37,220 nt of DNA, taken from the sequence record SRR20825006_415; one strand, given 5' to 3'. The position numbers and the translations under genes were made by a program. Shown here one piece after another: positions 1 through 8,670 of the stretch. The notes beneath the pieces were generated by a model, which made no database searches, was not told the DNA's origin, and saw nothing but the letters and a program-made list of their open reading frames with translations. Position 1 is the first letter of the stretch. Every line of letters begins with the position of its first letter.

Positions 1-92
1 GATGGCGCGCGCCAGTCCGGCTTTGGGTGCAGGGAATGAAATACATAGTTTCGTATCTTTAACGACGTTTTTAATTACATCATAAACGGGCG

Positions 93-806
93 ATGCGCTT
101 CCTGCTCCTCATCCTCATCAGCCCCGCAATTGTCTGGCTTCTCAGCCCTGCTGCCGCGCAGCTGACAAGTGGAATCTCCGCGCCTGAAATCAGGGAGGGC
201 GCGCATTCGGTCGGTTACCGGGCCGCTTATGACGCGGACAGGTCAGGACTCGCGCAGCGCATCCATGCTGAACGCGCGCTGACCGGGAGCGTCGCCGTGA
301 GGGGCGTGGTCCAGGCACACAAGACAGAGGCCCGCGCGGTTGATCTCGACTATGTTCAGGGAGAGTTGCGCTGGCAAATCACCCCGGACGGGGCGCGGTG
401 GGCATCCGGTCTTCGGCTGGACGCGCGCTTCCGGGATGGCGGTCGCCCGGGCCAGGTCGCGCTACACTGGCTGAATCAGGCGCAGTTGACCGACACAGTG
501 CGGTCCCGGTTTTCGGTCATTGCAAGCATCCAGACCGGATCAGGTCGCGAATCTGGAACCTTCCTGCAAACACGGGCGGAACTCAGCCAGCAGCTGGAGG
601 ACGGAGTCGATATCGGCACCGAAGTTTACAACACTTATGGCCCCGCAAACGATCTCTTGCCCGTCTCACAACAGGGCCATCTGGCAGGCCCCTTTGTCTC
701 GCTTCCCCTGAATGAGTCCCTGACTTTGCGGACCAGCGCCCTGGTTGGACTGACCGCCGGATCGACTGACGCAACATTTCGCGTTTTCCTGACCCAACGG
801 TTTTAA
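93..806 (+). CDS. Hypothetical outer-membrane beta-barrel protein (237 aa)
   Basis: N-terminal signal peptide (MRFLLLILISPAIVWLLSPAAAQ), alternating amphipathic beta-strand pattern, C-terminal Phe (FRVFLTQRF) typical of BAM substrates. Confidence 0.7.
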   Translation: MRFLLLILISPAIVWLLSPAAAQLTSGISAPEIREGAHSVGYRAAYDADRSGLAQRIHAERALTGSVAVRGVVQAHKTEARAVDLDYVQGELRWQITPDGARWASGLRLDARFRDGGRPGQVALHWLNQAQLTDTVRSRFSVIASIQTGSGRESGTFLQTRAELSQQLEDGVDIGTEVYNTYGPANDLLPVSQQGHLAGPFVSLPLNESLTLRTSALVGLTAGSTDATFRVFLTQRF

Positions 807-994
807 CCTCACAGAAGTCCCTCGCATCTGACGGATCATTACGGTAAACGTGATTTTAATGCAGACAAAGGACGGGTAAGTCCGCGATGGATCGCGAAAC
901 AAAATTGGCCGTCGCAGGTGCGGCTATCGCAAGACGGGAACAGAAGCGTCAAGAAAATGGCGGGTCTGGCGGCAAAACCGAGAAGGGGAATCTC

Positions 995-1462
995 ATGCGC
1001 GCAATCTTCGGAATCTTCCCGCTGCTGGTTATCCCGGTAGCGCTCTACAATCTTCTGGCCATCGGTTTTGGCGGTTCAGTCGAAATGGCAAACGAATTCG
1101 GCGAGATCATTCGCGCGGATTCCGCGCCGATCCTGTCATTGTTGAACGACCGTTTTCTCGGTCTGCCGATGATTTCCGGCGTCGACTGGATCCTCACCAA
1201 AGGGGATGCGATCCTCTTGCTGGCCGTGGTCTTCCTGTTTCTGGAAATCCTGAAGTCGACCTCGACAGGCACGTCCACGATCATCAATCACGCAGTCTCG
1301 ATGATCCTGTTCATCGTCTGCCTGATCCAGTTCCTGCTCTTGCCGAACTTTGCGACATCGACCTTCTTCATCCTGATGTCGATGACCTTGCTGGACGTTC
1401 TGGCAGGTGTTGTCGTCACAATCGTTTCTGCTCGCCGCGATTTTGGCGTCGGGGAAATGTAG
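995..1462 (+). CDS. Conserved hypothetical inner-membrane protein (155 aa, about 4 TM helices)
   Basis: ATG at 995 follows AAGGGGAA SD; several hydrophobic segments; the ORF-track extension from 887 looks non-coding. Confidence 0.8.
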   Translation: MRAIFGIFPLLVIPVALYNLLAIGFGGSVEMANEFGEIIRADSAPILSLLNDRFLGLPMISGVDWILTKGDAILLLAVVFLFLEILKSTSTGTSTIINHAVSMILFIVCLIQFLLLPNFATSTFFILMSMTLLDVLAGVVVTIVSARRDFGVGEM

Positions 1463-1480
1463 ACCGGTCCTGCCGGTTAC

Positions 1481-1513
1481 AAAAAAGGGCCTGCCAGCCG
1501 GCGGGCCCTTTTT
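1481..1513. terminator. Bidirectional rho-independent terminator
   Basis: AAAAAAGGGCCTGCC-AGCC-GGCGGGCCCTTTTT: GC stem with A and T tracts, between convergent genes. Confidence 0.9.
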
Positions 1514-1533
1514 CGTTTGAGCTGGAGAGGAAG

Positions 1534-2106
1534 TCAGTCTTTTCCGTAAAGGTCTGACAATTGTTTCTGAATCGCGGCCATCTGGGCCTGCATGTTGGAA
1601 AGCGCCTCCGCCTGGTATTCCATCATCGGATTCATGGAAGGTGTGCCATTCCGGGACTGCGCATTCTTCAGCGTCGGCATGAAGAGTTTCATCGCCTCTT
1701 CGAACATCGACATGTTGCGCTTGGCCTGTTGCTCGAACATGCTCATGGGGTTGGCAGCCTTGCGCCACTCCTTCTGGGCTTCGGCAAAACTGTTCATGGA
1801 CATTTCCAGATACGAGGGCAGGAAAGTCTGGGCCCCGCCGCCATAAAAGCCGATCAACTGGCGCAAGAAGTTCAGTGGCAGCGCGCCTTCGCCCTTTGTT
1901 TCGTTCTCGAAAATAATCTGCGTCAGAACCTGACGGGTCAGGTCAGCCCCAGATTTTGCATCCCGCACCTCAAAGTCACGCCCTTCCCGGACGAGTTCAG
2001 AAAGGTGGTCAAGCGTCACGTAGGACGATGTCGACGTGTCGTAGAGACGACGGTTTGCATACTTCTTGATAATGATCAGATCGTCTGATCCATTTCCCTT
2101 GGCCAT
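1534..2106 (-). CDS. phaR: Polyhydroxyalkanoate synthesis repressor PhaR
   Basis: IIIKKYANRRLYDTSTSSYVTL DNA-binding motif; DAKSGADLTRQVLTQIIFE; LPLNFLRQLI. Confidence 0.97.
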   Translation of the reverse strand: MAKGNGSDDLIIIKKYANRRLYDTSTSSYVTLDHLSELVREGRDFEVRDAKSGADLTRQVLTQIIFENETKGEGALPLNFLRQLIGFYGGGAQTFLPSYLEMSMNSFAEAQKEWRKAANPMSMFEQQAKRNMSMFEEAMKLFMPTLKNAQSRNGTPSMNPMMEYQAEALSNMQAQMAAIQKQLSDLYGKD

Positions 2107-2129
2107 GTCCTGCCCTCTGCTTCTCCGAC

Positions 2130-2211
2130 TTGCGAAGCAATTATTGTGCTATGCAACAAGTCTGACACAAATTTGCCCTGCGACCAATGTGCTATTGCTA
2201 TCGATGCAACA
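2130..2211. promoter_or_regulatory. Putative PhaR operator boxes (TGC-N3-GCA) in the divergent phaR/phaB promoter
   Basis: TTGCGAAGCAA (2130-2140), TTGTGCTATGCAACAA (2144-2159); TGTGCTAT and ATGCAACA recur at 2188-2195 and 2204-2211. Confidence 0.6.
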
Positions 2212-2257
2212 GAATGGCTAGCTGATTGCCGTCAAACAAAACGGGAGGAAACACGTT

Positions 2258-2983
2258 ATGACTAGAGTTGCTCTGGTCACAGGAGGCACGCGCGGTATTG
2301 GGCGGGCAATCAGTGAAACACTAAAAAACAAGGGCTATAAGGTTGCGGCCAATTTCGCCGGCAACCAGCAGGCCGCCGACGAATGCGCCAAAGAGCTCGG
2401 GATCAATTGCTACAAGTTCGACGTTGCAGATTATGATGCCGTTACGGAAGGTCTGGCGCAGATCGAAAAAGAGCTCGGTCCTGTTGACGTCGTGGTCAAC
2501 AATGCCGGTGTTACCCGCGACGCACCGTTCCACAAGATGACGCGCGAGCAATGGCAGCAAGTGATCGATATCGATCTGACATCAGCGTTCAATGTAACGC
2601 GTCAGGTCTGGGAGGGCATGCGTGAGCGCGGCTGGGGCCGGGTCATCAACATCTCTTCCATCAATGGACAGAAAGGCCAGTTTGGTCAGGCGAACTATTC
2701 CGCCGCAAAGGCCGGCCTGATCGGCCTCAGCAAGGCACTGGCCCAGGAAGGCGCAAAGAAAGGCATCACCGTCAACACGGTCTGCCCAGGCTATATCGAC
2801 ACCGAGATGGTGCAGGCTGTTCCGGAAAAAGTCCTTGAGGGAATCATTGCGACGATCCCTGTCGGCCGCCTTGGCAAGGCCGAAGAGATCGCCTCAATGT
2901 GCGCCTATCTCGCCAGCGACGAAGCTGCCTTCATCACTGGCGCCACCATGACGGTGAACGGGGCGCAATACATCGCCACCTAG
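2258..2983 (+). CDS. phaB: Acetoacetyl-CoA reductase
   Basis: SDR motifs TGGTRGIG, NNAG, YSAAK; family signature ISSINGQKGQFGQANY; SD GGGAGG. Confidence 0.95.
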   Translation: MTRVALVTGGTRGIGRAISETLKNKGYKVAANFAGNQQAADECAKELGINCYKFDVADYDAVTEGLAQIEKELGPVDVVVNNAGVTRDAPFHKMTREQWQQVIDIDLTSAFNVTRQVWEGMRERGWGRVINISSINGQKGQFGQANYSAAKAGLIGLSKALAQEGAKKGITVNTVCPGYIDTEMVQAVPEKVLEGIIATIPVGRLGKAEEIASMCAYLASDEAAFITGATMTVNGAQYIAT

Positions 2984-3984
2984 AGGCTCAATGTAATCTT
3001 GCCGAAATGCTGCTGGCTGGCCTGATGGGCAAAGGCGGCAGCAATTTCGGAAAGTGGGAAATCCTTGTCCAGCACGGGCTTGATGCCGTTGGCCTCGATG
3101 GCGGCAATCATGTCTTCCTGATGCCGGCGGGATCCGACCGTTATCCCCGACAGCGTGATGTTCAGAGAGAACAGAGCCGCTGTCGGGACTTCCCCGGACA
3201 CACCCGTCAGCACACCGATAAGGGAAATATGGCCCCCTGGACGCGACGCTGTAATGGACTGGGCCAATGTGCCTGGCCCGCCAATCTCGACAACCTCGTC
3301 CACGCCTCGCCCTCCGGTCAGGGCTTTGGCTGCCTTTCCCCAGTCAGGCGTGTCCTTGTAATTGATCACATGATCTGCGCCCAGTTCTTTCACGCGCTGA
3401 AGCTTTTCATCAGAGGATGATGTGGAGATCACGCGGCACCCAGCCGCCTTGGCAAATTGGAGGGCGAAAATGGATACGCCGCCCGTGCCCTGGGTCAGCA
3501 CCCAGTCACCCGGCTTGACCTTGGCCTCAACCATCAAGGCGCGCCATGCCGTCAAGGCCGCGCAGGGAAGCGTTGCCGCCTCTTGATAAGAGTATCCCTC
3601 AGGCATGCGCGTGAAGGATGTCTCTGGCGCGGCAACGAGTTCCGCGCCGAAGCCATCAGCGCCATCTCCCGGAACACTGGCGAACCCAGCCGCTTCGATT
3701 TCGCCGGCCTGCCAGTTGGGGAAGAACAGCGACACAACCTTGTCGCCAGGCTTGAATTTGGTGACACCCTCGCCAACTGCGACGACCTCACCCGCTCCAT
3801 CCGACATGGGAATTCGTCCGTCATCTGTAGGGATGCCGCCCATGACCACCACGAAGTCGTGATAGTTCAGGCTGCTCGCATGAATACGAACGAGTATTTC
3901 CCCAACGGCCGGTTTGGGATCCGCGCGGTCTTCTATGATTAGGTTTCCCGGCCCGCCGGGCTTCTTGACGGCAGCAACTTTCAT
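2980..3984 (-). CDS. MDR-family NAD(P)-dependent oxidoreductase / alcohol dehydrogenase-like
   Basis: SSLNYHD, IPMSDGAGEV, AATLPCAALTAW, GTGGVS, C-terminal HFGKI; SD AGGAGGAG. Confidence 0.9.
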   Translation of the reverse strand: MKVAAVKKPGGPGNLIIEDRADPKPAVGEILVRIHASSLNYHDFVVVMGGIPTDDGRIPMSDGAGEVVAVGEGVTKFKPGDKVVSLFFPNWQAGEIEAAGFASVPGDGADGFGAELVAAPETSFTRMPEGYSYQEAATLPCAALTAWRALMVEAKVKPGDWVLTQGTGGVSIFALQFAKAAGCRVISTSSSDEKLQRVKELGADHVINYKDTPDWGKAAKALTGGRGVDEVVEIGGPGTLAQSITASRPGGHISLIGVLTGVSGEVPTAALFSLNITLSGITVGSRRHQEDMIAAIEANGIKPVLDKDFPLSEIAAAFAHQASQQHFGKITLSL

Positions 3985-4054
3985 GGTGGTCTCCTCCTGT
4001 GTTTCCCACAGGGGAGCTATGGCTCCGCTAGGGAAGTCAAGCGACAGGCGAAAA

Positions 4055-5518
4055 CTAGGTGGCGCTCAATTGCAGCCGCGCTTCCCTCAGCGCCTTTCTT
4101 CTCACTTTTCCCGCATCATCCCGTACGGGTTCAGGCACAAACTCGAAACTCTTTGGAATCTTGTAGCGCACCAGGTGATCGGCGAGATGAGCATTCATCT
4201 CTTCGACGTCTACTGAGCCTTCGGGTCGATCGATGATCGCATGCAGCCGGGCGCCCATATCATCATCCGGCAAGCCGATCACGGCAGACGACCGCACTCC
4301 GGGAAACGCATCAATCGCCGCTTCCACTTCGGCGGGGTAGATGTTCGCGCCGCCAGACAGGATCATGTCGGAAAGCCTGTCCGTCAGGTAGAGATATCCC
4401 TCTTCATCCATCCACCCGAGATCGCCCAGACTTTCCCAGCCGCCTTCGATGGATTTGGCTTCCGCGCCGATGTAGCGATATGTCGTGCCCTGGCCCGTCA
4501 GGGGCCTGAGGAAGACTTCCCCGACGTCGCCGGATGGAAGCGTCTCGCCCGCCTCCCCGACAATCTTGATTTCGCATGCCTCAACAGGCCGGCCTACAGA
4601 GCCTTTGTGCGTCAGCCATTCATCCCCGCGGATCATGGTCGTTCCCTGCCCTTCGGTGCCGGCATAAAGCTCCCAGATCACTTCCGCGCCGAGCCACTCA
4701 ATGAAGCATTCCTTCAGCCAGGCCGGGCAGGGTGCGGCCAGATGCCAGAGCGTCTGCAAGCTCGACAGATCGTAACCTGTCCGTACATCTTCAGGCAGCG
4801 CCCAGATGCGGCGCATCATAGTCGGCACCATATAGACGATATTGATCTTCAGGCGTTCCAAAGTCGCGAGAGTCTGCTCGGCATCGAAGCGCGTCGTGAT
4901 GGCCACGGTACAGCCGCGAAACAGCGCAATCATGGCCCAGACGAACGGTCCGTTATGATAAAGCGGCCCCGGCACCAGCATGGCACCCTGTTGCGGAATT
5001 TCCAGATATGGCAGATCAGTATCCCAGGCCGCCGGTTGAGCAGAGACGATCAGCTTTGGCCGTCCGGTAGACCCCCCACTTGTCATCGCTTTCAGGGAAG
5101 CCGCTGTCAGCTCCGGTAGGGGCTCTGCGGACAAATGTTCTCCAGGTACAAATCCCTGAGGTACAGAGACTATCTGTTCAAATGCGCCGGTTTCGGCTCC
5201 AACGACCAGCGACGGCTTGCCCAGATCAGTAATCTGGTCCCGTTCGGATTTCGGCAATTTGGCAGATATGGGTTGAGGTGTGGCCCCCAACTTCCAGACG
5301 GCAAAGCATGCTTCGAAGAATTCTATGCCATTCGGCAGTGCGATGGTAACGAAATCATCTGGTTGTACGCCTAGCTCGGAATAGGCCCGAGCGAGGCGGT
5401 TGGTACGCTCTTCAAACTCACCCCAGGTGATGGCCCGTCCTTCATGATCGATTGCAACCCGATCAGCCTGTCTTGCTGCCCAGTATGAAATGATGCGCGA
5501 CATGGATTGGACTGGCAT
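4055..5518 (-). CDS. AMP-binding acyl-CoA synthetase / CoA ligase
   Basis: TSGGSTGRPK P-loop, YAGTEG, GDLG, SGGANIYPAEVE, GKVRR. Confidence 0.93.
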   Translation of the reverse strand: MPVQSMSRIISYWAARQADRVAIDHEGRAITWGEFEERTNRLARAYSELGVQPDDFVTIALPNGIEFFEACFAVWKLGATPQPISAKLPKSERDQITDLGKPSLVVGAETGAFEQIVSVPQGFVPGEHLSAEPLPELTAASLKAMTSGGSTGRPKLIVSAQPAAWDTDLPYLEIPQQGAMLVPGPLYHNGPFVWAMIALFRGCTVAITTRFDAEQTLATLERLKINIVYMVPTMMRRIWALPEDVRTGYDLSSLQTLWHLAAPCPAWLKECFIEWLGAEVIWELYAGTEGQGTTMIRGDEWLTHKGSVGRPVEACEIKIVGEAGETLPSGDVGEVFLRPLTGQGTTYRYIGAEAKSIEGGWESLGDLGWMDEEGYLYLTDRLSDMILSGGANIYPAEVEAAIDAFPGVRSSAVIGLPDDDMGARLHAIIDRPEGSVDVEEMNAHLADHLVRYKIPKSFEFVPEPVRDDAGKVRRKALREARLQLSAT

Positions 5519-5538
5519 AGTGTTTCCTCGCTACGTTT

Positions 5539-6492
5539 TTATATGTTGGCTCGCCTGAGCAATCGCTGAAAACCCTCCCAGAATTCCTGTCGGCGGGTAT
5601 CAGTCTCCATCAGGATTTCATGCATGGCACCTTCAATAACCCCATGTTCGCAATCAGGCAGCCGCGCGCAAATCTTTTCGTGTGCGGCATTGTCGACCAA
5701 TTGCTCTTCCTCGGCAGATGCAACAAAGACGGGAAGGGCGACCTGTTTGAGAGCCTTCGGTTTACTGAACGTATCAACAATGCTGAGTGAAGCACCAAGC
5801 CAGCCCCATGTCACCGGGCCCAGCTCCAAATCAGGCTGCGTATCAATTAGCGCGCGCTGCATTTGCCAACGCTGCTTGTCATGCGTGACGATATTTGTCT
5901 CAAACGTCTCCGGCGGACCGGGTTGGATGGCATAGTCCCCCGCGCGCCCCGTCGCGCGCATGGCCCAGACGAGATAGCGCATCCCGAAGAAGCGAGACTT
6001 CAGGCCCCACATTGGCGCACAAAATGCCGCAGCGTCCACTTTTACGAGACCTTGCGAGATGGCGGCCAATGCGATGGCGCCTCCCATGGAATGTGCGAGA
6101 GATACATGCGGACGTGGCAGGCGGTCCTGGAGTTGGTCCAACCCATTGGCCAGCGCGCCCATAAAGGTTTCGAACCGATCAATATGGCCCTTCTTTGTAT
6201 CATCCAGAAGGCGTTCCGAAAGGCCCTGCCCAGGCCAATCAAGAATCACGACGGCAAACCCCATGGTCTGCAGCTCTCGTCCGACCTCAAAGTATTTCTC
6301 GATGAACTCCGTCCGGCCCGGACACACTATCGCAGTGCCACGCGGACCAGATTTTGAAAGCGCAGGGGCCACGCAGGCGCGAAGATTGCGGCCTTCGCTC
6401 CCCTTGAACCAGAGTATTTCCGCCCCGTCGGGTGGCGGGTTGCCCGGGATCAGCACAAAGGAGCTGTCCAGTGTGTGGGGACGCGTCGTCAT
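5539..6492 (-). CDS. Alpha/beta hydrolase, lysophospholipase L2 (PldB)-like
   Basis: PGRTEFIEKY, DWPGQGLS, nucleophile elbow AHSMGG, catalytic His in GAMHEILME. Confidence 0.9.
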   Translation of the reverse strand: MTTRPHTLDSSFVLIPGNPPPDGAEILWFKGSEGRNLRACVAPALSKSGPRGTAIVCPGRTEFIEKYFEVGRELQTMGFAVVILDWPGQGLSERLLDDTKKGHIDRFETFMGALANGLDQLQDRLPRPHVSLAHSMGGAIALAAISQGLVKVDAAAFCAPMWGLKSRFFGMRYLVWAMRATGRAGDYAIQPGPPETFETNIVTHDKQRWQMQRALIDTQPDLELGPVTWGWLGASLSIVDTFSKPKALKQVALPVFVASAEEEQLVDNAAHEKICARLPDCEHGVIEGAMHEILMETDTRRQEFWEGFQRLLRRANI

Positions 6493-6503
6493 ATCGGACC
6501 TTC

Positions 6504-6542
6504 AAAAGAAAGAAGCCGCCCAAGGTTTCCCCGGACGGCTTC
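6504..6542 (-). terminator. Rho-independent terminator after the SCP2 gene
   Basis: Minus strand GAAGCCGTCCGGGG-AAA-CCTTGGGCGGCTTC followed by TTTCTTTT. Confidence 0.75.
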
Positions 6543-6567
6543 AGAGATCAAGTTCAATTCAGCGAAA

Positions 6568-6870
6568 TTAGCTGAACTTCTTCATCAGGTTCTGCAGCTG
6601 CATGGCAACAGACATGTCGCCTTCAACCTTCAACTTGCCCTGCATGAAGGCCATCGTCGGGTCCATGGCGCCTTCGGAAATCTTCTTGAAGTCGTCCCAG
6701 TCGACCTTGATGGTCGCGTCGGCATCGGAATCGGAATTGTCAGCCTTGCCAGCAACGCCGTCGATGAAAAGCTTGCCTGCATCACCGAAGTCAAATTTCA
6801 CCTTCTTCGTGAAGTCGCCACCGGCTTCGACGGCCGAATCTGCTTTCGCTGTGAGTTCTGCGAGATCCAT
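6568..6870 (-). CDS. SCP2 sterol/lipid-binding domain protein
   Basis: MDPTMAFMQGKLKVEGDMSVAMQL signature; SD AGGAGG. Confidence 0.95.
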   Translation of the reverse strand: MDLAELTAKADSAVEAGGDFTKKVKFDFGDAGKLFIDGVAGKADNSDSDADATIKVDWDDFKKISEGAMDPTMAFMQGKLKVEGDMSVAMQLQNLMKKFS

Positions 6871-7044
6871 TGAATTCCTCCTTGAATGGACTTTGGGCGA
6901 TAAAGCCGTTCCTTCTATCAGAATGCAAGCCCACAGAGGCCAGATTACCTTGATTTAGTTCAGTTGGGTGGCAGCTTACTCAAATCGCTCAGGTTTTTAA
7001 AAGCGTGTTGACCTCGCGTAGCGGAAGCGTGGAAATTGGGCGCC

Positions 7045-8592
7045 ATGAGCTGGCAGAAATCGATCGAAGAATTGCGTCGCCGAGAGCGATTGGCGGAAAA
7101 AATGGGCGGCGAGGAGCCGGTGTCCCGGCAGAAAGACCGCGGAAAGCTGACGGTTCGAGAGCGCGTCGCCTTCCTGGCAGACCCCGGAAGCTTCCATGAA
7201 ATCGGCAAGATCGCAGGCAAGGCAACCTATGGTGCCGACGACGAATTGGACGGTTTCCTGCCCTCGAACTCAGTTATGGGCCGGGCTCGGTTGAATAGCA
7301 GATCGACAGTGATTCTGGCAGACGATTTCACTGTTCGGGGCGGCGCAGCCGATGCTTCGATCTGGCAGAAAATGGTTCAAGCCATCAAGATGGCGGCCGA
7401 GTACCGCCTGCCGCTCGTTCAGATGATTGACGGCACTGGGGGCGGCGGTTCGGTCAAGATGCTGGAGAAAGACCCGCGCACCTACATTCCGGAGACACCG
7501 GGCTGGAATGAGATTACCCACGGCCTGACACAAGTGCCCTTCGTATCATTGGCCCTTGGCCCCTGCGCGGGCATGGGCGCGGGGCGAGTAGCCGCCAGCC
7601 ATTTCTCTGTCATGGTCAAAGAGCTGAGCCAGGTTTTCGTGGCCGGTCCGCCTGTCGCCATCGCGCTTGGCGAAGATGTCACCAAGGAAGAGCTGGGCGG
7701 CTGGAAAATTCAGGGCCAGAATGGCACAGTCGACAATGTCGTGGATACCGAAGCGGACGCATTCGAAACAGCTCGTCGTTTCCTGTCTTACCTTCCATCA
7801 TCGGTGCACGAACTTCCGGAGCGAGTCGTGGGTGGTGACTCGCCAGTGCGACGGGAGGAGAGCCTGCTCTCTATTGTGCCAACAGACGGTAAGACGCCGT
7901 ACAAGCCGCGGAAGATTGTTGAAGCAAGTGTAGATACGGGTAGCTTTTTCGAGATCGGACATGATTGGGGCCGGGGTATCGTGTGCGGGTTCGCCCGTCT
8001 GGATGGGTATCCTGTCGGAATCCTGGCAGGTGATCCCTTCTTCCTGGACGGCGCATGGACCGCAGATGTCTGCGACAAGGTCACTCGCCACATGGATCTC
8101 TGCTCGCAATTCCATTTGCCGGTCGTCCACTTTGTCGACTGTCCCGGCTTTGCGGTTGGCGTGAAGGCGGAGACCGCCGGTGTGACCCGTGCGGGCGTGC
8201 GCGCCATGACGGCGATCTATCAGGCCGATGTGCCGGTCTGTTCTGTCGTGATCCGCAAAGCCTATGGCCTGGCTGGGTCCGCCATGATGAATCAGAGCCG
8301 GACCAAATGGCGCTATTGCTGGCCGAGTGGGGACTGGGGCAGCCTGCCCATGGCCGGCGGCATCGAGGCCGCCTTCCGCAAGGAACTGGCCGAGGCCGAG
8401 GATCCGGAGGCCCTGAAGGCCCAGCTCTACAAGAAATTCGATGCGATCCGGTCTCCCTTCAGGACAGCAGAATCCTTCTATGCCGAGGAAATCATCGACC
8501 CGCGGGACACCCGTCCTCTCCTCGTGGATTTCATCCACCACGCCTGGCGCACACTGGAGCCGGGCGAACGGAGAACAGGTTTCCGGCCCTGA
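7045..8592 (+). CDS. Acyl-CoA carboxyltransferase (beta-subunit family)
   Basis: GKLTVRERV, DDFTVRGGA, GFARLDG, FVDCPGFAVG, IRKAYG, IIDPRDTR. Confidence 0.92.
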   Translation: MSWQKSIEELRRRERLAEKMGGEEPVSRQKDRGKLTVRERVAFLADPGSFHEIGKIAGKATYGADDELDGFLPSNSVMGRARLNSRSTVILADDFTVRGGAADASIWQKMVQAIKMAAEYRLPLVQMIDGTGGGGSVKMLEKDPRTYIPETPGWNEITHGLTQVPFVSLALGPCAGMGAGRVAASHFSVMVKELSQVFVAGPPVAIALGEDVTKEELGGWKIQGQNGTVDNVVDTEADAFETARRFLSYLPSSVHELPERVVGGDSPVRREESLLSIVPTDGKTPYKPRKIVEASVDTGSFFEIGHDWGRGIVCGFARLDGYPVGILAGDPFFLDGAWTADVCDKVTRHMDLCSQFHLPVVHFVDCPGFAVGVKAETAGVTRAGVRAMTAIYQADVPVCSVVIRKAYGLAGSAMMNQSRTKWRYCWPSGDWGSLPMAGGIEAAFRKELAEAEDPEALKAQLYKKFDAIRSPFRTAESFYAEEIIDPRDTRPLLVDFIHHAWRTLEPGERRTGFRP

Positions 8593-8670
8593 TCATCCGC
8601 CCGAATTCCAACGTGATCTTGCCATTTTGTAGGTTTCATGTGGAAGTCATAGTGGATGTGGAGGGAACAG

